A DNA stretch of 64,000 nucleotides, taken from the NCBI GenBank assembly GCA_949297215.1, contig CASFRV010000006.1:20149-84148 (forward strand), in the 5' to 3' direction. This DNA is from an uncultured Bacteroidales bacterium (lineage in GTDB: Bacteria > Bacteroidota > Bacteroidia > Bacteroidales > Bacteroidaceae). Of this stretch, positions 29,822 to 39,513 are shown piece by piece (position 1 is the first letter of the stretch; each line of letters starts with the position of its first letter). The translations under genes were made by a program, and so were the position numbers. Under the pieces are notes generated by a model. It searched no databases and was not told the origin of the DNA. It saw only the letters and a program-made list of their open reading frames with translations.

Positions 29822-32800
29822 GACTTTGCTCGTTAGATGGTTTCTCTTGGGAATTGCATTCTTTCTTAAAGCCAAGGATGTTTCCCAACCGGTCTAAGCT
29901 CAGGGGAATGCAGAAATTCTGTATCATTTCACCTGTTAGAGCTCTTCCTATTTTATTTAGAGATTCAAATTCTTTCTTATTTACAATTGGGGAGCTTACA
30001 TAAAATGGAAGATAATGACTTTCTCGTCCGGTACTCGACACCATCTTATATATGCGCCCCTTATCCAGCGGTCCGCTGATGACCCCGCGTTCTCTTTCCT
30101 CCGCCGTGGGCAGATACACCAAGTCGCCCGGCGAGAGCACGTAGGTGGGCTGTTCGCCTTTGTCGTTGGGCGGGACGGGGGAAAGCCCCTGTTTCAGTTG
30201 TTCGACGACGTCGCGGAGCGGTATGGTGGAATAGGTGCGTTTGCAGATGGTGCGTCCGCTCTCGGGGTCGGCTTCCCGAGTTTCGTAGATGGCGTAGTAG
30301 AGGTTGGTGCCTTTGGCGGCCTCGACGAACTTTTCGGCCTTGTTGCCCCGTGTGCCGACGGCAAACTTTTCGGCCTTTTCATACACGCGCACCTTGCGGA
30401 TGGGCTGATGTCGCTTTCCACCTGTGTAGAGGGTGATGTCGCGGTTCATGCGTTCGATGCCTTCGGGAGTGAAGGCTGTGGCAGGGTTGCCGCCCATGGC
30501 GTCCAGATAGCGGAGCAAGATTTGCTGTATGCCCGTGTCGGTGATTTCGTTTCTGATTTTCTTCCTGTCGAAACTCGTGTCAAGGGGCTTTCGCGAAGCG
30601 AAGTAGCGTTCCTTGGTGTCGCGGGTGAAGTAGTAAACGGGGATGCGCTTCAAGTCTACGTCTTGCCAGGCTTCGTGGTTGGCGGCGAAGTATTGCTCGA
30701 TGGCTTTGCGGCCGAAACCGCGACGCGTGAACTCTTGCAACTTGTGTTTCAACTCCTTGTCGACAACGGATGCCGGGCTCTCCATGGCCACCCGCAGGGG
30801 CACGGTTTTTATCCGTCGCAGGTTGACTTCGCCGTAGACGGTGGCTTCGTGTAGCGATTTCCGCACGACGTGCTGGTCGCCTTTCCTCTGTGGTATGCGC
30901 TTCTTGTGTCCCTCTTCGTTGTAGTGTTCGTAGTAGTTGGTACTCTTGGTCTGCACACGGAGCTTCTGCTTGAAGCTGACGACGATGCCGGCGAGCGTGG
31001 CGTAGACGTCCTGAGTGAACGTTTCCCATGGCTTCCTGACGCGCCAGCTGTATCGGCCGGTGGCGGCGTCCCATTCTTTTTCGCACAGGAGCCGTTGCAG
31101 GTCTTTCCTCGTGGCTTCCGCCCCGGCGCAGGCCGACTCGTTGTTCAGGTAGTTCACCATGCTGCGCGTGGCGCAGGCCGTAACGATGGCGTCCATGGCG
31201 TGGTGGCGGTGGTCGATGCGTTTAAAGCTGAAGCTTCGCTGCTGTTCGAGCGGCATGTGGGGGATGAGGTGTCCGCCGGCGGTGCGTGTGGTGTAGAGCT
31301 CCGAATGTGTCATTTCGTTCATCCTGACAAAGCGGGGCAGGATGAGGCGGTTCCAGGCGTCGTGTACGCCCCAGTCTTTTTTCAGGCGCTCGGTCACGCC
31401 GCCGGTGGTGCTCACGACGCGGCGCGAGGTGGCCTCGTTCTCGCCCTCGGTGCGTACGATGCGCGAGAGGAGCGACAGGATGGTGCGCGTGATGTAGCGC
31501 GTGTCGTTGAGCTGACGCTGGATAAATCCGTCGGGGATGTCGTCCATGAGGAGCTTCCGTTGCTTGCCTTTGAGGGTGGCATAATGATCTTTGACAAAGG
31601 CTTCGTAGGCTGCCGGCGAGGATATTGTTACGACGCGTCCGCCCGTGAGTGTTACCGCCTGTCCTGCACACTCGCGGATGAACTCGTAAGCCAGCCTTGC
31701 CCCTTTCAGCTGGTTTACCTCGGCTTCGCAAATCACCTTGTTGCTCAGCGAGTCGTCGAAGTAGCGCGCCTGCGGGATGACGTGCTCTATCTGATAGGCC
31801 GGGGTGAAGAGTTTGCCCAGCGGGATGACGGCCCCCGTGTAGGGAGAGCGGTACCGCTGTTCGAGCCAGAGCTTGTATCGCAGGATTTCGGCGTGCGAGG
31901 GCCGTTTGGCGGCGTCGCTCTCGTTGAACTTGCGGAGCGTTGCCGCGATGTCGGCGGGTAGCTCTTTTTCGCCGGCCAGGGCAGCCTCTTCGAAGATGCG
32001 CAGCAACGTCTGCTGGCTGGGCGAGAAGGGGCGCACGTTTTCCACTTCGAACTCGGGGTTCATAAACGCCGTGAGCAGGGCCTTGATGCGCAGGTTGGTA
32101 CGTTCGTTTTCGAGGATGGCCTTGGTGCGGTCTTTCCGCTCCTTGGCGGTGAGCTTCATCTCGCGGGCGGTCTCCACGTGTATTTCGTCGATGTGCCCCT
32201 CCTGCCGCCATACGTCGCGCACGACGCGCAGCGTTTCGAGCAGGGTGGTTTCAACGGTGGGGTTGCGCAGGGCGTTCCGGCGCCAGCCGGCCAGAAAGCG
32301 GTCGATGTCGTCGGGCGAGGTCCACCGCTCTGTGTCGCCCGCCTCGCTGTGGCGGCCGTAGACGGCGTAGCAGGCCAGCCATGTGGGCAGGCCTTGCAGG
32401 TCCTCTGCGTTTTTCAGCGCATCGATGGCTGCTGCGGCCTTCTCGGGTAATGGGCAGCCGTCGGCTGTGGCCAAGGCCCCGATGCGGCAGCGCGTGGCGG
32501 TGTCGATGGCGTCGGCCTGCCAGTGGTGTCCGCGGCGCATGAGGGGCAGGAGTTTTCCGATGGCTTTGGCCGAAAGGCTGCCGTAGTCGCGGGCAAAGGG
32601 TGGCGTGCGGCGGAAGGCTTCGGCCGTGGCCTCGGCGTCGAACCCGTGTTTTGCGGCAAAGGTGCGCAGACCCTTTTCGAGCTCGGCGGGATCGGCCACG
32701 GAGTAGAGCAGGTGCCACAGGGCCAGCTCCCTCTCCGCCGTGAGCCAGCCGGCGGGGGCGCCCGCCTGTTTCAGGCGGCTCAGCAGCAGGTGGCGCGTTT

Positions 32801-34388
32801 CGTCGCCGGGGTATGTTTTTTCTTCGGGGTAGTTCCAGCGATATTCTTTCTCCGAAAGCTTCAGCTGCTTCAGGACGTCTTTCTGCTTGATTTCTTTTCT
32901 GCCCGTCAGCGCGTCGTAGAGGCAGGCGTAGGCTTCGTGGTGGGGCAGGGCTTCGGCCGTGACGTCCACGTCGGTTTTGCTCAACGCTCCGTCCGTCTGC
33001 CGGCGCCGGTAGATGCGCAGGTTGGCCAGAAACTGCCACAGGCGGAATTCCTGGAACAGCGGGTGCGAGCGGGCGATGCATTTGATGCCTACTTGTTTTA
33101 TTTCGCCCGTCTCGTGGTCGGCATATTCGTAGTGTTCGTAGGGGCAGTCGGCAATGAGCGATTTTTTGCTGCGTAGCGGGCGTTGGTAGAAGAGCACGTC
33201 GTCGACGATGAGGCGCACTAGGCCTCCGCCCCTTGCCTGCGCGCGGTGGGCGGGGTTGTGGGGATAGAGTTCGTCGAGGCAGGCTTCGAGCAGCGTGGCG
33301 TCGCACAGCTCGGGGTGGAAGCGTTGCTGCGAGCGGAGGATGGCCAGTGCCTCGTCGCGGTAGTAGCGGCGGTCGATGGTGCGCACAAGGCGGCCTCGCA
33401 CTTTGCGCCCCGGCTCTTCGCGCAGTTTTTCGTAGATGTAGCTGCCCACGGTGGTGCCGGCCTTGTCGATGTCGTGCTGGGCCTTGGCTTTGACGAGGGC
33501 CCACTCCGTGTCCCATTCCTCCTCGGTGGGCACCCTGAAGCGCCGTGCGGGTCCGTCGAGCTGCGCGTCGTGGCGGGGCTGTCCGTCGCGGTCGAGCTCG
33601 GTGCCGACGATGAGGCTCAGCCGCCGGCCCGTCCACTGGGGCACGTCGCGGCGGAACACTTTTCCGCGCGTGCCGTCGGCGAGCGTGACGATGATGACCT
33701 TCGAGCCCTTGAACGTTTCGCCCGTGTCGCATACGTCGGTCACCACCTGCTCGTCGAAGCGTTCTTCGGTCTTTTTCTTTTTGCTTTCTTCTTCCTCCTC
33801 GCCACGCAGCTGGTGGTAGCCGCGTTTCTGGTTGAAGGAGAGGAGTACCCATGCCAGTTCTTCCCGGGAGATCTCCCGCGTCAGGGCTTTTCGGCGCAGG
33901 TAGTAGAGCGTCCAGTCGTGCGGCAGCTTTAGCGCAACGTCCGTTCCCGGGGCCGCATGGGCCCGGAAGTCGGCCACCATTTCGTCGAAGGCTGTTTCGA
34001 AGAGGAAGCGCCGCCCGCCATCGGCTGCGGGGGCCCATGCCAGGGGGCAGCCCCGTTCGTCGGTGAACTTTCCGTAGCGGTCGAGCGCGGCCTCGAAGTG
34101 GGGCGGCAGGAAGCCCAGCCGGCGCAGCACGCGGCAGAGGCGCTCGCGGCGCAACCGGGCGCGTTCCAGCAGGCGCCGCATGCTTCTGAAGCCGGTGCGC
34201 TCGGCCGTTTGCGACTGCTTGCTACCCTTGTTGAAATTGCTGAGTTCGGCGGCGTCCATGGGGAGCACGCGCACGCCGGCTGCCTTGATGGCCCGAGGCG
34301 TTTCGGGAGCTTCGCCGCTACGGCTGTATTCTACGACGGCCCAACCGATGCTGCCCGGGCCCAGGTCGAGACCTAATATGTTTTTCAT
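29814..34388 (-). CDS. cas9: Cas9, type II-C, Bacteroidota large variant (1524 aa)
   Basis: Start MKNILGLDLGPGSIGWAVV (RuvC-I). Arg-rich bridge helix RSMRRLLERARLRRERL. RuvC-II IHVETAREM. HNH YQIEHVIPQARYFDDSLSNKV..NQLKG. RuvC-III DHRHHAMDAIVTA. 8-nt overlap with cas1. Confidence 0.95.
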
Positions 34389-34412
34389 GGTTCGGAATTT
34401 TAAAATTTTGTC

Positions 34413-34420
34413 CAAATCTA
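34413..34420 (-). promoter_or_regulatory. -7 promoter box TAGATTTG upstream of cas9
   Basis: TAnnTTTG on the minus strand, 25 nt before the cas9 ATG at 34388 and downstream of the tracrRNA terminator. Confidence 0.5.
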
Positions 34421-34479
34421 AGCATTTCTTTTGGAACGAAGGTGCGGCACAGCCCGTTTTAACCCGCCTGAGGGGAGAA

Positions 34480-34572
34480 AACAAAAATGGCCCGCCGATA
34501 TAGGACGACGGGCCGGAACCTGATAGTTTTCACAACGGAATAATCCTTATTGTGATTTGCTTCAAATTAGCT
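34480..34572 (-). ncRNA. tracrRNA
   Basis: The minus strand reads AGCTAATTTGAAGCAAATCACAATAAGGATTATTCCGTTGTGAAAACTATCAGGTTCCGGCCCGTCGTCCTATATCGGCGGGCCATTTTTGTT. It comprises an anti-repeat, a nexus-like AAGGATTATTCC hairpin, and a 9-bp terminator stem plus T-run. The ends are estimates. Confidence 0.8.
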
Positions 34573-34577
34573 GTGGG

Positions 34578-34609
34578 CAAAGCTACGCATTTTTTCGCTT
34601 GGCGGCAAA
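34578..34609 (-). promoter_or_regulatory. tracrRNA promoter (-33 TTTG, 20-nt spacer, -7 TAGCTTTG)
   Basis: Minus strand has TTTG at 34609-34606 and TAGCTTTG at 34585-34578. The box ends 7 nt before the anti-repeat. Confidence 0.6.
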
Positions 34610-34668
34610 CGTTTTTGCACGTTTTTTTTCGCGCGGCGTCTTGCCTGGGCCGCGGTGGTGGGGGTGGC

Positions 34669-37269
34669 TCATGGCGCCGGCACGGCCACCTTTTGCGCCT
34701 TCACGCCTTGTCCGCAGGCCACGCTCACCACGTAGGTGCCGGCGGGCAGGGCTGTGGCCAGCGTGGTGCGCCCTGCGCTAAGGGTGGTGCGGGCCACGGT
34801 GCGGCCGTCGGCTGCCGTGACGGTGCAGAGGACCGTGCCGCTCAGCCCGGCGGGGAGCGTGACGCTGAGGCTGCCGCCCGAGGCTTCTGCCTGCCAGCCG
34901 TCGGAGGCTGTGGCGGCATCGATGCCGCTGGGGGCGGGAGGCATGCTGACGCTCGTCACGAGGGTGTCGACGTTGGCGGCTATCACCTCGTTTTGCGCGC
35001 GGATGAGGCTGCGCTCGTCGCTCACGCGCAGGTCGTTGCCCATGTCGAAATACATCGTGCCGCGCAGGTCGTGGTCGACGACGTATTGCTGCTTGCGGCG
35101 AACGAGGTCGGTGCCGTTGAACTTCTTGACCGAGCCGTTGCAGTTCCACTCGTTCAGGTCGGAGCGGTAGGCGGGGCCGTCGAAGCCGTACTTCCCGAAC
35201 AGGTCCTTGTAGCCCTCGACGGCGGTCTTGCCGTCGGTTACGAGGGTGCCGTAGGAGAGCAGGAGCTTGTCGGCGGGATAGCCGTAGGTGGTGAAGTTGT
35301 TGTAGGCGCCCTCGTAGTAGGACCACGAGTAGGTGTTGGGCTGCGGGCCGTAGATCTGCATCGTGAAGTAGTCGACGTCGGGCAGGAGCGACTTGTCGAA
35401 CCCGTTGTAGGACACGTTGTGGAGCGAGCACGAGAAGATCTTGTCGGGGTGGTCGGCCATCACTTCGCCCGCGAGGCGGCGCACGATGTTGTTGTAGATG
35501 TTCCACTGGTTTTGGTTGTACATCCATTCCAGGTCGACGTCGAGGCCGTCGCACTGGGTGACGAGCTGCCGGCAGCTCTCTACGAGGCGGTCGACGTTGG
35601 CTTTGCTCCCCAGTACGCTGAGCCAGCCCTGCTCTGCGCCGTTGACGATGCCGAAGCGTATGCGGGCCCCGGTGTGGCCGGCGTAGTAGGAGCGCATGAT
35701 GTCGACCATGTGGGTGTAGCTCTGATAGTCCTTGCCGGGGTGCTCGGGGTCGTCGCCCGTCCAGTAGGCGTTCAGGAAGGTGTTGTCCCAGCTGCCCACG
35801 TTCCAGCGGAAGGGGGTGGTGGCGTCGGTGGCGATGCGGGCCGAGCGGTCGGAGCCCCACACCATGACGTTGTCCATCTTGCCGTCGAAGCCGGCCCCCA
35901 GCGTGAGGCGGCTCCCCTTGAGGGCGGGAAACTTGCTGATGCTCATCGTGCGGCCGCTCATCTCGATGCCATTGTCGGCGGTGTAGAGCTGCGAGCTGAA
36001 GGCGTCGCCCTGGCCCTGCCCGATGGCGATGCGCACGGGCGACCATCCGGCGGTGCCGGGGCTGCCGGCGGCGGGCTTCACGTAGACGGCCACGTATTGC
36101 CAGCGGCCCGTTTCGAGACGGCCGGCAAGGGTGGCCTGCGTGCCGCACACGTCGACGGTGAGGGCGCGGTCGGCCTCGCTGCCCAGGCGCACCACGAGAC
36201 AATTGGCTGCGTCCTTATATTGCGAGAAGAGCTCGGCGCCCTCGCGCCACGAGTCGACGTAGACCCACCCTTCGATGGTGATGTCGGCGGCAGCCTGGTA
36301 GCCCGCCTGGCCGCGCGGGTCGTGTACGCAGTGGGCGTCGGCGGCCGTCATGACGGCGCCCTCGCCGGCAAAGTCGATGACGCCCGTGCGGCCCTCGTGT
36401 TCGGCCAGGTGCGTGGCGCCCGTGCCGGTCATCGAGTTGTCGGGATACTGCATGAGCACCGAGCCGTCGGCCTGCACCTTGGCCGAGAGGATGACGACGT
36501 CGTTGGTCATGAGGTACATGTCGCGGTCGATGCCCGCGCGGTCCTGGAAGCGCATCAGGTCGGTGTAGCCCGTCACGACGCGGTAGCGGAAGGCGGCGTT
36601 GTCCGTCACGGCCACGCGCTCCATGCCGGGGTCGAAGTCGCCGTGGTGGCGGCCCGTCTGGTCGTAGAGGTTGGCACATTGCGCCTGGTCGCATTTCCAG
36701 TAGGCTGCCAGGGCGTCTATGTTGGGGTTAAACTTGTTCAGCGTGTTCTGCCAGTAGAAGTGGTCGGCGTCGAGTGCGCGCGTCCACACGCGTATTTCGT
36801 CGAGCTCGCCTTTCAGCCCGCTGCCGATGACGACGCTGCGGGCCTCGGCGGGATAGGTCGTGGCGGCAAAGGTTTCGGGGAGGGAGCCCGTTACGAAAAA
36901 CTGGCGCCGGCCCGACATGTAGGGCGTGACGCGGCCGTGGTCGACCACGATGGTGAGCTGCGTCCAGCCCTCGGTCAGCGCAGCGGCGGGCATGACGGCC
37001 CGGCCCTCGCCGGCGCTCACCACGAGCTGCTGCTCGTCGTCGATGCTGATGGAAAAGTTGTCCTGCGCCAGGAGGGTGCAGGGTGAAAGTTCGCTCACCT
37101 TCACCCACATCTGGAAGGTGGCTTCCGCGCTCCCGTCCAGCTCTGTGAGCGTCAGGGCCCTCACGGCGCCCGTTCCGTCACGGTTTTCGAGTGCGTAGTT
37201 GACGCTCTGTGCGCCTGCCGTACCGAGCGACAGCGCCAGGGCCAACGATAACGTACCAATGGTTTTCAT
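34669..37269 (-). CDS. Secreted GH18 glycosidase (endo-beta-N-acetylglucosaminidase/chitinase-like) with N-terminal LamG-like domains and a T9SS C-terminal domain
   Basis: 866 aa with a signal peptide. Two concanavalin/LamG-like modules (GELDEIRVWTRAL, FDGKMDNVMVWGSDRS). GH18 catalytic motif DGLDVDLEW. C-terminal beta-sandwich sorting domain. Confidence 0.8.
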   Translation of the reverse strand: MKTIGTLSLALALSLGTAGAQSVNYALENRDGTGAVRALTLTELDGSAEATFQMWVKVSELSPCTLLAQDNFSISIDDEQQLVVSAGEGRAVMPAAALTEGWTQLTIVVDHGRVTPYMSGRRQFFVTGSLPETFAATTYPAEARSVVIGSGLKGELDEIRVWTRALDADHFYWQNTLNKFNPNIDALAAYWKCDQAQCANLYDQTGRHHGDFDPGMERVAVTDNAAFRYRVVTGYTDLMRFQDRAGIDRDMYLMTNDVVILSAKVQADGSVLMQYPDNSMTGTGATHLAEHEGRTGVIDFAGEGAVMTAADAHCVHDPRGQAGYQAAADITIEGWVYVDSWREGAELFSQYKDAANCLVVRLGSEADRALTVDVCGTQATLAGRLETGRWQYVAVYVKPAAGSPGTAGWSPVRIAIGQGQGDAFSSQLYTADNGIEMSGRTMSISKFPALKGSRLTLGAGFDGKMDNVMVWGSDRSARIATDATTPFRWNVGSWDNTFLNAYWTGDDPEHPGKDYQSYTHMVDIMRSYYAGHTGARIRFGIVNGAEQGWLSVLGSKANVDRLVESCRQLVTQCDGLDVDLEWMYNQNQWNIYNNIVRRLAGEVMADHPDKIFSCSLHNVSYNGFDKSLLPDVDYFTMQIYGPQPNTYSWSYYEGAYNNFTTYGYPADKLLLSYGTLVTDGKTAVEGYKDLFGKYGFDGPAYRSDLNEWNCNGSVKKFNGTDLVRRKQQYVVDHDLRGTMYFDMGNDLRVSDERSLIRAQNEVIAANVDTLVTSVSMPPAPSGIDAATASDGWQAEASGGSLSVTLPAGLSGTVLCTVTAADGRTVARTTLSAGRTTLATALPAGTYVVSVACGQGVKAQKVAVPAP

Positions 37270-37302
37270 AAGCTTTTTGTGTTTTTAGGAGTGTGTCGGC
37301 GA

Positions 37303-37465
37303 CAAAGATAGTGCAAGGCGAGAGGAATACAAAGCGAAAACGAAGTTTTTGCTTTTATTTCCGAGCCGCCGCCTGTCCCCGGCGAAGCCAAAGGGTGCAA
37401 GGCGAGAGAAGAAGCGTAAAAAACGTCGTTTTCCTCGTCCTTTCTCTCACCTTGCACTACCTTTG
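37303..37465. repeat. Three copies of a promoter cassette CTCTC(A/G)CCTTGCAC(T/C)(A/-)(T/C)CTTTG in a divergent intergenic region
   Basis: Minus-oriented copies at 37303-37325 and 37389-37411. Plus-oriented copy at 37441-37465. The outer copies end in the -7 boxes TATCTTTG (GH18 gene) and TACCTTTG (engB). Confidence 0.7.
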
Positions 37466-37492
37466 CACCATAACTTAGCAAGCAAGAAACGT

Positions 37493-38101
37493 ATGATAGT
37501 AAAGACGGCCGATTTTGTGGTGAGCAACAGCCGCGTGGAGGCCTGCCCGCACGACGGGCGGCCCGAGTATGCCTTTATCGGGCGAAGCAACGTGGGCAAG
37601 AGCAGCCTGGTGAACATGCTGACGGGGCGCCGCGCGCTGGCCATGACGTCGGCCACGCCGGGCAAGACGCTCCTGGTCAATCATTTCCTCATCAACGGCG
37701 AATGGTATCTGGTGGATTTGCCGGGATATGGCTACGCACGTCGCGGCAAGCGCGAGCAGGAACGCCTGCGCCGCCTCATATCGGCCTATGTGCTGGGGCG
37801 GGCGGAGCTGACGTGCCTTTTCGTGCTCATCGACAGCCGCCTCGAGCCGCAGCGCATCGACATGGAGTTTATCACGTGGCTGGGCGAGAACGGCGTGCCC
37901 TTTGCCATCGTCTTCACCAAGGCCGACAAGCCCCGCCCCGGGCAGCTCAAAGGCGGCGTGGAGCGCTTCATGGCCGAGCTCTCGAAGACGTGGGAGACGT
38001 TGCCGCCCCATTTCGTCACGAGCAGCGCCACCGGCCGCGGCCGCGAGGAACTGCTGGCGTATATCGGGGAAGTGAATGAGCAATTGACAATGGATAATTG
38101 A
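37493..38101 (+). CDS. engB: Ribosome-biogenesis GTPase EngB/YsxC
   Basis: 202 aa from [11 protein letters not shown] (ATG 37493). G1 [10 protein letters not shown]3 DLPGYG, G4 TKADK. The stop codon lies inside the TTGACAAT repeat. Confidence 0.9.
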   Translation: MIVKTADFVVSNSRVEACPHDGRPEYAFIGRSNVGKSSLVNMLTGRRALAMTSATPGKTLLVNHFLINGEWYLVDLPGYGYARRGKREQERLRRLISAYVLGRAELTCLFVLIDSRLEPQRIDMEFITWLGENGVPFAIVFTKADKPRPGQLKGGVERFMAELSKTWETLPPHFVTSSATGRGREELLAYIGEVNEQLTMDN

Positions 38102-38226
38102 CAATTGACAATGAGCAATGAACGATTGCGACTTGTTTTTTCCCAAAGGAGGCTGCTCCCGGCCCGGATGGCAATTGTCAATTCTCAAAAGCCAATTGTC
38201 AATTATCAATTCTCAATTGTCAATTG
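38081..38226. repeat. Composite inverted repeat made of TTGACAAT / ATTGTCAA units (copy 2)
   Basis: Left arm 38081-38127 (CAATTGACAATGGATAATTGACAATTGACAATG...). Right arm 38172-38226 (CAATTGTCAATT...CAATTGTCAATTATCAATTCTCAATTGTCAATTG). The unique core is about 45 nt. Confidence 0.8.
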
Positions 38227-38250
38227 AAAAAGGTGCAGTGGACTGATCGG

Positions 38251-39429
38251 ATGAAGCAGGTGAAGGTGGCGCTCGTGGTGGTGGCAGTGGTCATCGCGGC
38301 GGCGTCGCTCGTGGTGTCGCACGCCCTGACGCGCGACCTCTCGCGCCAGGAGCAGCAGAACATGAAGGTGTGGGCCGAAGCCATGCGCTCGCTGCGCGCT
38401 GCCGACGAAACGACCGACCTCAACCTCGTGCTGGCCGTGCTGGGCGGCAACAGCTCCATCCCCGTCGTCGTGCTCGACGGCGATGGCGGCGTCACCACCT
38501 TCCGCAACATCGACATCGACGCCCGCACGGCGGCCGACAGCACGGCCTTTCTCCTTGGGCGTGCCCGCGCCATGCAGGCAGCGGGGCGCGTCGTCACGCT
38601 CTCGCTGGCTCCGCCCGAGGTGGAGCGCCCGGCCCGCGAGGACGTCATCTACGTGTGCTACGACGAGTCGCTCATGCTGCGCCGCCTGGCGTCCTATCCC
38701 TACGTACAGCTGGGAGTGGTCGGCCTGTTCATAGCGCTGGCCATCTTTGCCCTGCTCTCCTCGAAGCGGGCCGAGCAGAACAAGGTGTGGGTGGGCCTGT
38801 CGAAGGAGACGGCCCATCAGCTGGGCACCCCCATCTCGTCGCTCATGGCCTGGCAGGAGGTGCTTGCCGAAACCTACCCCGACGACCCCCTGCTGCCCGA
38901 GATGCGCAAGGACGTGCGCCGCTTGGAGCTCATTGCCGAGCGCTTCTCGAAGATAGGCTCGCGCCCGGAGCTCAGAGAGGAAAACCTGCCCGACGTGATA
39001 GGCCGCGTCGTGGAGTATATAGGCCGCCGCACGAGCGACCGCGTGACGCTCAGCGTGAGCTATCCCGGCGACGTGGTGCACGTGTGGATGAACGCCCCCT
39101 TGTTCGAATGGGTGGTCGAGAATCTCTGCAAGAATGCCATCGACGCCATGCACGGCGAGGGCAGCATATCCATCTACGTGAGCCGTCGCGCCAGCCATGT
39201 GGTCATCGACGTCAAGGATACGGGCTGCGGCATCCGCGCACGCCACTTCCGCAGCGTTTTCAAGCCCGGTTTTACGACGAAAAAGCGCGGCTGGGGCTTG
39301 GGCCTCTCGCTGGCCAAGCGCATCGTCGAGGAGTATCACCGCGGCCGCATCTACGTGAAGCAGAGCGAGCCGGGCCGCGGCACCACCTTCTGCATAGAGC
39401 TGCCGGCCGGCGCGCCCCCGGGGGCCTGA
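38251..39429 (+). CDS. Sensor histidine kinase (HisKA + HATPase_c), no adjacent response regulator
   Basis: Start at ATG 38251 (MKQVKVALVVVAVVIAAASLVV); the track ORF begins at TTG 38224. H-box HQLGTPISSL. G-boxes DTGCGI and GWGLGLSLAKRIV. Confidence 0.85.
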   Translation: MKQVKVALVVVAVVIAAASLVVSHALTRDLSRQEQQNMKVWAEAMRSLRAADETTDLNLVLAVLGGNSSIPVVVLDGDGGVTTFRNIDIDARTAADSTAFLLGRARAMQAAGRVVTLSLAPPEVERPAREDVIYVCYDESLMLRRLASYPYVQLGVVGLFIALAIFALLSSKRAEQNKVWVGLSKETAHQLGTPISSLMAWQEVLAETYPDDPLLPEMRKDVRRLELIAERFSKIGSRPELREENLPDVIGRVVEYIGRRTSDRVTLSVSYPGDVVHVWMNAPLFEWVVENLCKNAIDAMHGEGSISIYVSRRASHVVIDVKDTGCGIRARHFRSVFKPGFTTKKRGWGLGLSLAKRIVEEYHRGRIYVKQSEPGRGTTFCIELPAGAPPGA

Positions 39430-39445
39430 CGGCGGCCGTGAAAGC

Positions 39446-39488
39446 AAAGCAGCGGGCTGCATACACGCGTATGCAGCCCGCTGCTTTT
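39446..39488. terminator. Long perfect hairpin between convergent genes
   Basis: AAAGCAGCGGGCTGCATAC / GTATGCAGCCCGCTGCTTT form a 19-bp stem with a 4-nt loop, followed by T-rich sequence. Confidence 0.8.
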
Positions 39489-39513
39489 GTGTGGAAGCCG
39501 TGTGGCGGGGTCC

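Noticed and set aside
32251-34038. 595-aa minus-strand ORF and other 100-330-aa ORFs inside cas9
   Set aside because: They are alternative frames of the cas9 coding region with Arg/Pro-rich composition. The cas9 frame is unambiguous.
34389-34484. 32-codon N-terminal extension of cas9 in the ORF track
   Set aside because: The extension would begin inside the tracrRNA terminator region and upstream of the TAGATTTG promoter box. MKNILGLDLG at 34388 is the canonical RuvC-I start.
34552-37086. 844-aa plus-strand ORF
   Set aside because: It is antisense to the GH18 gene, and its 5' end would overlap the tracrRNA anti-repeat and promoter. It is a compositional artefact.
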